Source: an uncultured Chloroflexia bacterium (GTDB taxonomy: Bacteria > Chloroflexota > Limnocylindria > Limnocylindrales > CSP1-4). From it: a stretch of 64,000 nt of DNA. Made by a program: the position numbers and the translations under genes. Location: the NCBI GenBank assembly GCA_963778805.1, contig CAVZVT010000005.1, positions 26,385-90,384 of the forward strand, in the 5' to 3' direction. The notes under the pieces were generated by a model. It was not told the origin of the DNA. It ran no database searches and saw only the letters and a list, made by a program, of their open reading frames with translations. Below, piece by piece: positions 49,326 to 58,424 of this stretch (its first letter is position 1; each line of letters begins with the position of its first letter).

Positions 49326-50650
49326 GCGTCACGCTCATCCAGTTGCTGGTCATCCTCGTGCTCACGATCTTCGAGGGGTTCTTCGTCGCGGCGGAGATCT
49401 CGCTCGTCTCGATCCGCCGAAGCCGCGTGGAACACCTCGCCGAAGCCGGCGATCAGGGCGCCAAACGCGTTCGGCGTCTCCTCAACGAACCGGGCCGGTT
49501 CCTCGCCGTCTGTCAGCTCGGGCTGACGTTCATCGGGTTCTTCGCCTCGGCGTATGCCGCGGTCAGCCTGTCGGATCAGCTCTCGACGCTGCTCGTGAGC
49601 GCCGGGATGGACGAAGGCACCGCGACGGGCATCGCGCTGCTGATCGTCACGATCCTGCTGTCCCTGTTCACGATCGTGTTCGCCGAACTCGTGCCCAAGA
49701 CCCTCGCGCTCGCGCACGCCGAGCGGTTCGCGATGACGCTCTCGCTGCCGATCGACTTCCTGGCGCGAGCCCTGCGACCCCTCATCGCGTTCCTGACCTG
49801 GATCACGAATGGCATCGTCCGCCTGTTCGGCGCGGAGGTCTCGAGCGATGCCCAGATCACGGCCGAGGAGCTGCGGCTCATCGTGGAGCGGGGCGGCGAG
49901 CAGGGGATCCTCGAAGCCGAGGAGGAACAGATGATCAACGCGGTCATCGAGCTCGGCGACCAGCGCGTCCACGAGGTCATGGTCCCGCGCATCCACATGG
50001 TCACGCTCGCGGCGAACGCGACGCTGGACGACGCGATCGATCGGGTCATCGACGAGGGCCACAGCCGGATCCCGGTCTACGAGGAGACGATCGACGAGAT
50101 CGTCGGCATCCTCTACGCGAAGGACCTGCTCCCGTTCCTCAAGGGTGCCGTCGACCAACGACCGTCGGTGCGCTCGATCCTGCGGACGCCGGTCTTCGTG
50201 CCGGAGTCGATGACCGTCGACGACCTGCTCCACGAACTCCAGCGCCGCAAGGTCCATCTGGCGATCGTGCTCGACGAGTACGGCGGCACGGCCGGGCTCG
50301 TGACCATCGAGGACCTGCTCGAGGAGATCGTCGGCGAGATCCAGGACGAGTACGACGAGGAAGAGCCACTCATCGTCCGCATCTCCGACGATGAGGCCAG
50401 GATCGACGGTCGGGCGGCCATCGATGACCTCGAGGAGCTGTTCGACACGTCCCTCGGGCTCGAGGACGAAGACCAGTACGACACGCTCGGCGGCCTGATC
50501 TATCACCGGATCGGCGGGGTCCCCAAGCCCGGCGATCGCGTGGTCGTCGACGGGCTGACCCTCACGGTCGAGACGACCGACGGCCGACGGGTCGGCAAGG
50601 TCCTGGCCGTCCGCGACAAGCGCGATCCCGAAGCGGACGACGACGACTGA
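49322..50650 (+). CDS. HlyC/CorC family transporter (DUF21 - CBS pair - CorC_HlyC)
   Basis: 442 aa, GTGA overlap. N-terminal TM helices, a CBS pair (…VHEVMVPRIHMV…, …VFVPESMTVDDLL…), …VHLAIVLDEYGGTAGLVTIEDLLEEIVGEI…. Confidence 0.9.
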   Translation: MSVTLIQLLVILVLTIFEGFFVAAEISLVSIRRSRVEHLAEAGDQGAKRVRRLLNEPGRFLAVCQLGLTFIGFFASAYAAVSLSDQLSTLLVSAGMDEGTATGIALLIVTILLSLFTIVFAELVPKTLALAHAERFAMTLSLPIDFLARALRPLIAFLTWITNGIVRLFGAEVSSDAQITAEELRLIVERGGEQGILEAEEEQMINAVIELGDQRVHEVMVPRIHMVTLAANATLDDAIDRVIDEGHSRIPVYEETIDEIVGILYAKDLLPFLKGAVDQRPSVRSILRTPVFVPESMTVDDLLHELQRRKVHLAIVLDEYGGTAGLVTIEDLLEEIVGEIQDEYDEEEPLIVRISDDEARIDGRAAIDDLEELFDTSLGLEDEDQYDTLGGLIYHRIGGVPKPGDRVVVDGLTLTVETTDGRRVGKVLAVRDKRDPEADDDD

Positions 50651-50676
50651 CCGCCGATCCGCCGATCGGGCACCCG

Positions 50677-51414
50677 ATGCGCTTCTCGACGATCGCCCAC
50701 GCTGGACGATCCATCCTCGGGCCGATGGGACCTGACCGTCTCGATGCGCTCGTCGAGGCCATCGCTCCGGTGCCGGGATGGCGCGCCGTCGAGCTCGGCT
50801 GCGGCAAGGCCGACTTCCTGGTCCGGCTCCTGCGGCGCTGGCCCGACATCACCGCCGAGGGCTTTGACCGAAACCCCTGGTTCCTCGCCGAGGCCCAGGC
50901 AGCCGCAGACGCCGCGGGCGTCGCGCGTCGGCTGTCACTGATCGAGACCGATGCGCCCGGGGCGCTGCTCGCGGATCGGTCCGTGGACCTCGCCGTCGCG
51001 ATGGGCGCGACCGGCATCGTCGGGGATCAGGCGGAAACGGTGGCGTTCCTCGCGTCGATCGTCGGGCCGGGTGGCGAGGTCGTCTTCGGCGACGGTGTCT
51101 GGGTCGCGGACCCGCCGGACGATGGGCTCGACACGTTCGGGATGACCCGGGACGAGCTGGCCGATGGCGTGGCGGGACTCGCGGCACTCGGTTCGGCGGT
51201 CGGGCTCACGCCGCTGTCCGTCGAGCTGGTGTCACACGACGAGTGGGATGCGTACGAGACGGCCTATGTCGGCGGGATCACGGCGTGGGCAGACACGCAT
51301 GCGGACGATCCTGAGCGCGAGGTGTTCGTGGGTCGGGCCGCGACGTTCGCGGAGAGCTACGCGGCCTGGCGCCGCGACTCGATGGGCTTCGCGATCGGTC
51401 GCTTCAGGCGTTGA
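50677..51414 (+). CDS. Class I SAM-dependent methyltransferase (substrate unknown)
   Basis: 245 aa. Motif I AVELGCGKADF. Otherwise unassigned. Confidence 0.65.
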   Translation: MRFSTIAHAGRSILGPMGPDRLDALVEAIAPVPGWRAVELGCGKADFLVRLLRRWPDITAEGFDRNPWFLAEAQAAADAAGVARRLSLIETDAPGALLADRSVDLAVAMGATGIVGDQAETVAFLASIVGPGGEVVFGDGVWVADPPDDGLDTFGMTRDELADGVAGLAALGSAVGLTPLSVELVSHDEWDAYETAYVGGITAWADTHADDPEREVFVGRAATFAESYAAWRRDSMGFAIGRFRR

Positions 51415-52426
51415 TCACCGACACGATGATCTGCTGGAGTCGCTCGCGGGCGGCCGGTGCCACGACCCCGGCGGCGTCGAGTTCCGCGATCGCCTCGTCG
51501 CGATAGCGCCGCGCCTGATCGCGGGTGTACTCGCGGGCGCCGGTCCGCTCGAGGATGGCGACCATCTCCGCGATGTCGTCAGGTCGGCGTTCGAGCGTCG
51601 AGTACAGCTCCGAGAGTCGATCCCGGTCCACCGGATCGGCCGCTTCGTGGGCGTAGATCACCGGCAGGGTCTTCTTCCGGTGCGCGATATCCGACGGTTC
51701 CTTGCCCGTCGCCGGCTCAGCGCCCCAGATCCCGAGCAGGTCGTCGTTGAGCTGGAAGGCGATCCCCAGGGCCCATCCGAACCCTCGATATCGGGCGATG
51801 ACGTCGTCATCGTCGGTCGCGAGGAGCGCGCCCGCCTCGATCGAGGCCGCGATCAGCGACGCCGTCTTGCGCCCGATCATGTCGAAGTAGGACTCCACGC
51901 TGATGAGCTCGTTGGAGGCACTCATCGCGATGTCCATGTACTGGCCTTCGCACAGGGCCAGACACGTCTCGTCGTAGAGCCGCATCAGTCGGAGGACCTT
52001 CGAATTGGAGAAGCCAAGATCGCTCAGACGGTGGAGCGCGATCCGCGACAGGCTGAACAGGGTGTCGCCCGTGTTGATCGCCTGCGGGACCCCATGGATG
52101 GTCCACAACGTCGCGCGGTGCCGACGCTCGATGTCGCCGTCCTCGATGTCGTCGTGGACGAGACTGAAGTTGTGTCCGAGCTCCACGGCAGCGGCACCGG
52201 GGAGGGCGCGACGGTGGTCCCCGGTGATCGAGGCGTACGCGAGGAGACCGAGGAGTGGCCGCATCCGCTTCCCGCCGCTCGACCCGGTGCCATCGAGCGC
52301 GAGGTGATACCGGACCATCTCGTAGAGGCCACGCGTCGATGGGTCCCGGTCAGCCACGAGGCTGACGAGCTCGGCCTCGGTGTCCGCCAGGAGGACGGAG
52401 AGATCGATGTCGGATGTGGTCGTCAT
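51404..52426 (-). CDS. Polyprenyl diphosphate synthase (trans-IPPS family)
   Basis: Both Asp-rich motifs are present (LVHDDIEDGD and FQLNDDLLG). The start is uncertain (ATG 52426 or 52444; the ORF track extends to 52507). The 3' end overlaps the convergent methyltransferase gene by 11 nt. Confidence 0.88.
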   Translation of the reverse strand: MTTTSDIDLSVLLADTEAELVSLVADRDPSTRGLYEMVRYHLALDGTGSSGGKRMRPLLGLLAYASITGDHRRALPGAAAVELGHNFSLVHDDIEDGDIERRHRATLWTIHGVPQAINTGDTLFSLSRIALHRLSDLGFSNSKVLRLMRLYDETCLALCEGQYMDIAMSASNELISVESYFDMIGRKTASLIAASIEAGALLATDDDDVIARYRGFGWALGIAFQLNDDLLGIWGAEPATGKEPSDIAHRKKTLPVIYAHEAADPVDRDRLSELYSTLERRPDDIAEMVAILERTGAREYTRDQARRYRDEAIAELDAAGVVAPAARERLQQIIVSVINA

Positions 52427-52575
52427 CGCGACCGCAGTGTACATGAAACGTGTACCACGCAGGTAGCCTGTTGAGGGTCGACGCCGGCGCGGGGGACGCG
52501 ACCGCACCGGCGTCTGTCATCTTCTTCGTCCGCGACGGTCGATCGGATGCGGCGCCCGGTGGTACCGTCGCCGGG

Positions 52576-53349
52576 ATGCCCGCGCCGCGCCGCTACACCA
52601 CCGAGGCCATCGTCCTGTCCCGTTTCGATCTGGGCGAGGCCGATCGAGTGCTGACGCTCATCACGCCGGGCATGGGCAAGATCAAGGCCATCGCGAAGGG
52701 GATCCGCCGGCCCACCTCGAGATTGGGTGGGAGCCTCGAGCCATTCGCGGAACTCACGGTGGCCATGGCGCGCGGACGAACGTTCGACATCGTGACCCAG
52801 GTCAGCGTCGGACACGCGTGGCTCAACCTGCGCGACACGCTCCAGAGCGCCGCCACCGCGTGGTATCTCGCCGAGCTCGCCGACCGCTCGCTCGAGGAAC
52901 GTCACGCCGCAGAACCGCTCTACGCCCTCCTCAAGCGGGCCTACGAGCTGCTGGACGCCGGGATGGACCCCGATCGCGTCGCCCGCTGGTATGAGATGCA
53001 CCTGCTCGACGAGCTGGGGATGCGGCCCGAAGTGGACCGCTGCGTGGAGTGCGACCGGGTCCTCGAATTTGCCGAACGCTTCCGGTGGGTGCCGCCGCTC
53101 GGCGGCGTGGTCTGTGAGCGCTGCCCGGGACCACCGTACGACCGGGCTGGTCTGACGCTCGAGGCCCTCAAGCTCCTCAAGGCCTATCAGCGTCTCGACA
53201 TCGAGGCGATCGCGGCGCTTCGACTCGACCCGATGGTCGAACGAGAGGTGGAAGCCGGGCTTCGCGAGTTCGTGCGGAGCTCGCTGGAACGCGACGCCCG
53301 GTCCCTCGCGTTCCTCGATGAGGTCCGCCACGAGCCGGTGGCGACCTGA
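52576..53349 (+). CDS. recO: DNA repair protein RecO
   Basis: ATG 52576. MPAPRRYTTEAIVLSRFDLGEADRVLTLITPGMGKIKAIAKG.RR. Zn-finger CVECD...CERC. Confidence 0.9.
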   Translation: MPAPRRYTTEAIVLSRFDLGEADRVLTLITPGMGKIKAIAKGIRRPTSRLGGSLEPFAELTVAMARGRTFDIVTQVSVGHAWLNLRDTLQSAATAWYLAELADRSLEERHAAEPLYALLKRAYELLDAGMDPDRVARWYEMHLLDELGMRPEVDRCVECDRVLEFAERFRWVPPLGGVVCERCPGPPYDRAGLTLEALKLLKAYQRLDIEAIAALRLDPMVEREVEAGLREFVRSSLERDARSLAFLDEVRHEPVAT

Positions 53350-53849
53350 TGGCCACGGTCGAGTTGCGCGACATCGAGACCGAAGACGACTTCGAAGCGG
53401 TCTTCCGGCTCCGTCGTGGGCCGGGTCAGGATCGGTACCTCGGGCAGATGATCGGCCATTTCGAGGACGCGATCAGCGACGCCCATGCCTGCCCGCGGTA
53501 CTGGTCGGTCCATGACGGCGAGGACGGCACGCTCGTGGGCTTCGTGATGATCAGCGACGGGATCCCGGCCGAGACCCTGGCGGCGGACGACGACATCGTC
53601 GGGCCGTACTACCTCTGGCGCCTGCTCGTCGATGCCTCGAAGCAGGGCCGCGGGTACGGGGCCGCCACCATCGACGCGGTCGTGCGGTACCTTCGGACGC
53701 GACCGGGGGCCGACGTCCTCCTGACCAGTTGCAAGGCCGGCCCGGGGTCGCCCCAGCCCTTCTACTTGCACTACGGGTTCGTCGATACTGGCGAGATCAA
53801 GTGGGATGAGACGCTCCTGCGGCTCGACCTGACCCGGGAGGACCGATGA
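53349..53849 (+). CDS. GNAT family N-acetyltransferase
   Basis: 166 aa, TGATG junction with recO. Motif A-like ...KQGRGYGAATIDAVV... Confidence 0.7.
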   Translation: MATVELRDIETEDDFEAVFRLRRGPGQDRYLGQMIGHFEDAISDAHACPRYWSVHDGEDGTLVGFVMISDGIPAETLAADDDIVGPYYLWRLLVDASKQGRGYGAATIDAVVRYLRTRPGADVLLTSCKAGPGSPQPFYLHYGFVDTGEIKWDETLLRLDLTREDR

Positions 53850-54268
53850 CGACACCGGATCCATCAACGACGGCGGGAGCCCGGACGCTCGAGCGACTCG
53901 TGAGCGAGCGGATCGGGTGGCTCACGACCACCAACCCCGATGGCCAGCCGCAGAGTTCACCCATCTGGTTCCTGTGGCAGGACGACGAGGTCCTCATCTA
54001 CTCCGGGACTCGGGCACCACGGAACGGCAACATCGCCGATCGGCCGTTGGTCGCGTTCAACCTCAACACCGACGCGGATGGCGATGACGTGACGACCATG
54101 GAGGGGATCGCCCGGATCGACCCCGACGCGCCACCGGCGACAGCGAACGCGGTCTACCTCTCGAAGTACCAGGCGCTGCTCGACGCCTACGGCTGGACGG
54201 CGGAGTACTTCGCGAGTCAGTACTCCGTTGTCGTGCGCGTGACCCCCACGCGCTGGCGGTTCGGCTGA
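53846..54268 (+). CDS. PPOX-class (pyridoxamine-5'-phosphate-oxidase-like, possibly F420-dependent) split-barrel protein
   Basis: 140 aa, ATGA overlap. ...IGWLTTTNPDGQPQSSPIWFLWQDDEVLIYS... is the typical pattern of this fold. Confidence 0.6.
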   Translation: MTTPDPSTTAGARTLERLVSERIGWLTTTNPDGQPQSSPIWFLWQDDEVLIYSGTRAPRNGNIADRPLVAFNLNTDADGDDVTTMEGIARIDPDAPPATANAVYLSKYQALLDAYGWTAEYFASQYSVVVRVTPTRWRFG

Positions 54269-54270
54269 CG

Positions 54271-55452
54271 ATGTCGAAGTGGCGAGGGGCGGCGGCGGCC
54301 GCGACGCTCGGGGCGGCGGCCGTCGTCGGCGCCCGGGTCGGTGGTCAGGCGATCGTGGCCCGGACGGAGCGCCGGCTCTGCCCGACGGCCCACGTGGGGC
54401 CGTACTACGCCTCCGAGCGGGCACGTGCCCTGCACGAACGCCTGCGGATCGCGGATCTCCACGCCGATTCGCTGTTGTGGGGGCGTGATCTCCTCAAGCG
54501 GGGTGACCGCGGCCACGTCGACGTCCCCCGGCTGATCGAGGGGAATGTGGCGCTGCAGGTGTTCGCGGTCACGACCAAATCGCCCCGGCACCTGAACATC
54601 GAGCGCAACGACGGACGGAGCGATGACATCATCCTGCTCGCGCTCGGCCAAGGCTGGCCGCCGGCGACCTGGCGCAGCCTGCTGGCCCGGGCGCTCCATC
54701 TGGCCGGTCGGGCCGATGCGATGGCGAAGGCGTCGGACGGTCGACTCACGATCATCCGAACCCAGGCGGATCTCGCGGCGCATCTCGAGCGCCGGACTCC
54801 GGCCTGGCCGGTCACCTCGGGTCTCCTCTCGATCGAAGGGGCGCATGCGCTCGATGCCGACCCGGCCAATGTCGAAGTGGTCGCCGATGCGGGCTTTCGG
54901 ATGATGTCGCCCAGCCACTTCTTCGACAACGCCTTCGGCGGCTCCGCGCACGGGATCGAGAAGGGCGGTCTGACGGCCGCGGGACGGGAGATGGTCGAGC
55001 GCATGGAAGCCCGCTCGATGCTCGTCGATGTCGCCCACGCCTCGGAGGCGACCATCGCGGACGTGCTGGACATGGCGAAGCGGCCGGTCGTGGCATCGCA
55101 TACCGGCGTGCGCGGCGTGGCCGACAACGGCCGGAACCTGTCCGACGAGCAGCTCCGCGGGATCGCGGCGACCGGCGGCGTGGTCGGGATCGGGTTCTGG
55201 CCGACGGCCTCGGGCGGCGAGGACGTCGCGTCGATCGCCCGATCCATCGCCTATGCGATCGATGTCGCGGGCGTGGAGCATGTCGGTCTCGGGTCGGATT
55301 TCGACGGCGGCGTGCCGGTGCCGTTCGACGCGACGGGCCTCGCCCAGCTCACGGACGCCTTGCTGGAGGCCGGTCTTGGCGAGGACGCCATCGCATCGGT
55401 GATGGGTGGCAACGCGCTGCGTCTCCTGTCGGAGACCCTCCCGGTCGCCTGA
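54271..55452 (+). CDS. Membrane dipeptidase (peptidase family M19)
   Basis: 393 aa. N-terminal hydrophobic anchor, then ...ADLHADSLLW...HFFDN...VDVAHAS...ASHTG...GLGSDFDG... Confidence 0.88.
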   Translation: MSKWRGAAAAATLGAAAVVGARVGGQAIVARTERRLCPTAHVGPYYASERARALHERLRIADLHADSLLWGRDLLKRGDRGHVDVPRLIEGNVALQVFAVTTKSPRHLNIERNDGRSDDIILLALGQGWPPATWRSLLARALHLAGRADAMAKASDGRLTIIRTQADLAAHLERRTPAWPVTSGLLSIEGAHALDADPANVEVVADAGFRMMSPSHFFDNAFGGSAHGIEKGGLTAAGREMVERMEARSMLVDVAHASEATIADVLDMAKRPVVASHTGVRGVADNGRNLSDEQLRGIAATGGVVGIGFWPTASGGEDVASIARSIAYAIDVAGVEHVGLGSDFDGGVPVPFDATGLAQLTDALLEAGLGEDAIASVMGGNALRLLSETLPVA

Positions 55453-55456
55453 CCTC

Positions 55457-55465
55457 TGGTAGCAT
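55457..55465 (+). promoter_or_regulatory. Extended -10-like element TGgTAGCAT upstream of glyQS
   Basis: Lies in the 62-nt spacer. It would give a leader of about 40 nt containing the GCGGAGA SD. Confidence 0.3.
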
Positions 55466-55514
55466 CGCGGTCCCGCGCGTCCCTTCCACGGCCGCGTACC
55501 AGCGGAGACACCCT

Positions 55515-56924
55515 GTGACCGACCTGACCGCCGACCCGGATGACGTCGCGCCCGCCGTCGCCGAACTCGACACCATCGTCTCGTTGTCCAAGCGACGCGG
55601 GTTCATCTTCCCGTCGTCGGAGATCTACGGCGGCATCAACGCGGTCTGGGACTACGGTCCTCTCGGGGTGGAGCTCAAGAACAACGTCAAGCGCGCGTGG
55701 TGGCGGGCGATGGTCCAGGAACGCGACGACATCGTGGGCCTCGACGCCGGGATCCTCATGCACCCGCAGGTCTGGGTGACCTCGGGCCACGTCGGCTCGT
55801 TCAGCGATCCGCTCGTGGAATGCGCCACGTGTCGGCGACGCTACCGACTCGACGAGCTGCCCGGCGCCGAGGACCTGTCGGCGACGGACCTGCGCGACGA
55901 GGGGATCGTCGAGCGCCTGGGTCTCAAGTGCCCCAACGACGGCGGTCCGTTGTCGCCGCCCCGTCGCTTCAATCTCATGTTCAAGACGTTCATGGGCCCG
56001 GTCGAGGAGGAGGCGTCGGTCATCTACCTGCGACCAGAGACCGCGCAGGGGTCGTACGTCAACTTCAAGAACGTCCAGCAGTCGTCACGCAAGAAGCTGC
56101 CGTTCGGGATCGCCCAGATCGGGAAGTCGTTCCGGAACGAGATCTCGCCGGGCAACTTCGTCTTCCGGATGCGCGAGTTCGAGCAGATGGAGATGCAGTA
56201 CTTCGTCCGGCCCGAGGCGGAGGCCTTCGCTGCCTTCGAGACGTGGCTGCCGAAGCGGCGTGCCTGGTACGAGCGCTATGGCGTCACGCCATCACGGCTT
56301 CGACTGCGCGAGCACGCCCCCGATGAGCTGGCGCACTACGCCAAGAAGGCCGTCGACGTCGAGTACCGGTTCCCGTTCGGGTGGAAGGAACTCGAGGGCG
56401 TCCACAACCGCGGCGACTTCGACCTGTCCCGCCACGCGGAAGCCAGCGGTGAGTCGCTCGAGTATTTCGACCAGGCCACGGGCGAACACGTCGTCCCGTG
56501 GGTGGTGGAGACGGCGGCGGGCGCGGATCGAGCCGCGTTCACGTTCCTGATCGACGCCTACCGCGAGGAGGAGGTCCGTGGCGAGACCCGCGTCTCGCTC
56601 GCCCTGCATCCGGATCTGGCGCCCTACAAGGTGGCGGTCCTGCCACTGCTCAAGAAGCGGCCGGAGATCGTGGAGCTGTGCCATCGGATCAAGGCCGATC
56701 TGCAGCACCACACGATGGCCGTCTACGACGACACGGCCGCCATCGGCAAGCTCTATCGACGCCAGGATGAGATCGGGACGCCGTGGTGCGTGACGGTCGA
56801 TGTCGACTCGCTCGAGGACGGCGCGGTCACGGTCCGCGACCGCGACTCGATGGCGCAGGAGCGCGTGCCCGTCGAGGGCGTCACTCGTCTGATCCTCGAT
56901 CGCCTGGACGCCGCCCGCAGGTAG
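55515..56924 (+). CDS. glyQS: Glycine--tRNA ligase (homodimeric alpha2 type)
   Basis: 469 aa, GTG start. ...KRRGFIFPSSEIYGG....WDYGPLGVELKNN.K..WW...IGKSFRNEISP... Confidence 0.95.
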   Translation: MTDLTADPDDVAPAVAELDTIVSLSKRRGFIFPSSEIYGGINAVWDYGPLGVELKNNVKRAWWRAMVQERDDIVGLDAGILMHPQVWVTSGHVGSFSDPLVECATCRRRYRLDELPGAEDLSATDLRDEGIVERLGLKCPNDGGPLSPPRRFNLMFKTFMGPVEEEASVIYLRPETAQGSYVNFKNVQQSSRKKLPFGIAQIGKSFRNEISPGNFVFRMREFEQMEMQYFVRPEAEAFAAFETWLPKRRAWYERYGVTPSRLRLREHAPDELAHYAKKAVDVEYRFPFGWKELEGVHNRGDFDLSRHAEASGESLEYFDQATGEHVVPWVVETAAGADRAAFTFLIDAYREEEVRGETRVSLALHPDLAPYKVAVLPLLKKRPEIVELCHRIKADLQHHTMAVYDDTAAIGKLYRRQDEIGTPWCVTVDVDSLEDGAVTVRDRDSMAQERVPVEGVTRLILDRLDAARR

Positions 56925-57048
56925 TCGGAGAGCGCCGGGGCCTCGTGCGCGCCGCGAACGCAGCGTAGACTCCCGCCAGAGGCGATGCCCATCGCCACAC
57001 GACGACCGGTCGCACCGTGAACGTCGCCGATGTCGAGGGAGGTCTGCC

Positions 57049-57342
57049 ATGGGATGCGCGATGGCGGTGTTCGGTGCGCTCCTGCCGAGGTTCGTGCTGC
57101 TGGCGAGCTGGTCCAATGCGTCGACCTACTGGAACTCGCTGTTCGGCTCGCAGGTCTGGCTCGCGTTCGGATTCCTCTTCTTTCCCTGGACGACGCTGCT
57201 CTACGGGATCGCGGCACCTAACGGCCTGACCATCGTGAACTGGATCTTCATCGGGTGCGCGCTCGCCGTGGACCTTGGCACGTGGGGCATCGGCGGCTTC
57301 GCGTCGCGCAAGCAGACGTCCAACTTCCGGGACCTGCAGTAG
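57049..57342 (+). CDS. Hypothetical small membrane protein (about three hydrophobic helices)
   Basis: 97 aa. Strong SD GAGGGAGG 8 nt upstream of ATG 57049. FGALLPRFVLLASW, VWLAFGFLFFPWTTLLYGIAAP, IVNWIFIGCALAVDLGTWGIGGF. Confidence 0.7.
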   Translation: MGCAMAVFGALLPRFVLLASWSNASTYWNSLFGSQVWLAFGFLFFPWTTLLYGIAAPNGLTIVNWIFIGCALAVDLGTWGIGGFASRKQTSNFRDLQ

Positions 57343-58213
57343 GCCCGGTGACTCCGACTCGGTCCGCGTTCTCCTCGGCGGCATCGATGGCCGCGGCCAG
57401 ATCGGCCGCGGCAACGCCGCGCGGTTCCTTGCCCTTCGGCCAGTAGAGCTCCTTGTGGACCTGCTCCTCCGGATAGCCCCGCTCGAGGAGGGTGGCCTCG
57501 GCGGACAGGATCATGTCCGGGTTGCCGCAGATGTAGGCGATCGAGTCGGCCGCCGACAGGCCGAGTTCGTCGAGCACGGGCCCGAGGATCGACTCTACGC
57601 GGCCCGTCCGCCCGGTCCAATCCGCGTTCCGCGGGTCGTCCGGTCGCGAGACCGTCGGCAGATACGTGACCGGGTAGGTCCCGCTTCGCTCCCACCCCTC
57701 GAGGATGGTCCGGTAGCCGAGTTCACTGGCATGCGAGACGCCGTTGAGGAAGACGACACGCCTGGGGCGACCCTCCACGAGGAGCTGCCGCATCATCGCC
57801 ACGAACGGGGCGTTGCCCGTCCCGGACGAGATGAAGATGTGCGTTCGGTCGTCATCGGGCTGGAGCACGAACTTGCCCTTCGGGCCGATCATCCGCATCT
57901 CGTGACCCAGGGGGAGCCGCCACAGCAGGGGCGTGAACGTGCCGCCCTCGACGAGCCGGACGTAGAACTCGTACCCGTCGGAGCCCGCGACGGCCGGCGC
58001 CGACGCGACGGAGTACGGTCGCTGGACGATCCGACCGTCGACCATGACCCCGATCGTCATGTACTGACCGGTCTCGAATGGCGTGGCATCGCCCTCGAAC
58101 CGCACCCAGAAGTAGGCGAGGGAATCGGTCTCGTCCTCACGACGGACGAGACGCGCGTTGTACTGCGGCGCCTGGGCGTCGATGATCCTCGGGTCGTCGG
58201 CGAGCTCGGTCAT
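57248..58213 (-). CDS. Ferredoxin--NADP(+) reductase-type flavoprotein (FNR family)
   Basis: ATG at 58213 gives MTELADDPRIID.... FAD motif RPYSVAS, NADP motifs SSGTGNAPF and YICGNPDM. The ORF-track N-terminal extension to 58954 is rejected. A C-terminal tail of about 60 aa overlaps the convergent gene. Confidence 0.85.
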   Translation of the reverse strand: MTELADDPRIIDAQAPQYNARLVRREDETDSLAYFWVRFEGDATPFETGQYMTIGVMVDGRIVQRPYSVASAPAVAGSDGYEFYVRLVEGGTFTPLLWRLPLGHEMRMIGPKGKFVLQPDDDRTHIFISSGTGNAPFVAMMRQLLVEGRPRRVVFLNGVSHASELGYRTILEGWERSGTYPVTYLPTVSRPDDPRNADWTGRTGRVESILGPVLDELGLSAADSIAYICGNPDMILSAEATLLERGYPEEQVHKELYWPKGKEPRGVAAADLAAAIDAAEENADRVGVTGPTAGPGSWTSACATRSRRCPTCQGPRRARTR

Positions 58214-58320
58214 GGGATGGACGTGCCTCTCGCGATCGGTGTCGACGACCGAATGGTAGCCCGTCGCGTCGGGCCCGCGGCCGACTCCGGTCATCGTGAC
58301 CCGAGCGAGTCGGGCGGCGG

Positions 58321-58361
58321 GCACAAAGAAGCCGAGCAGCGATGCTCGTCGCTGCTCGGCT
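58321..58361 (-). terminator. Intrinsic terminator candidate downstream of the small membrane-anchored protein gene
   Basis: Perfect 13-bp stem AGCCGAGCAGCGA / TCGCTGCTCGGCT (58330-58361, 6-nt loop), followed on the minus strand by TCTTTGTGC. It lies 63 nt after the stop at 58425. Confidence 0.55.
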
Positions 58362-58424
58362 GGGAGGGTGGGGATCAGGGTTGACCGGGGCGCCGGTCTC
58401 GGTGCTGTCAGCGCTGGGTCTGGC

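Noticed and set aside
51404-51414. 11-nt convergent overlap of the methyltransferase and polyprenyl synthase stops as a regulatory feature.
   Set aside because: Short 3' overlaps of convergent genes are common in compact GC-rich genomes, and there is no associated structure.
55453-55514. T-box riboswitch upstream of glyQS.
   Set aside because: The spacer is only 62 nt, and there is no T-box sequence, specifier or terminator architecture.
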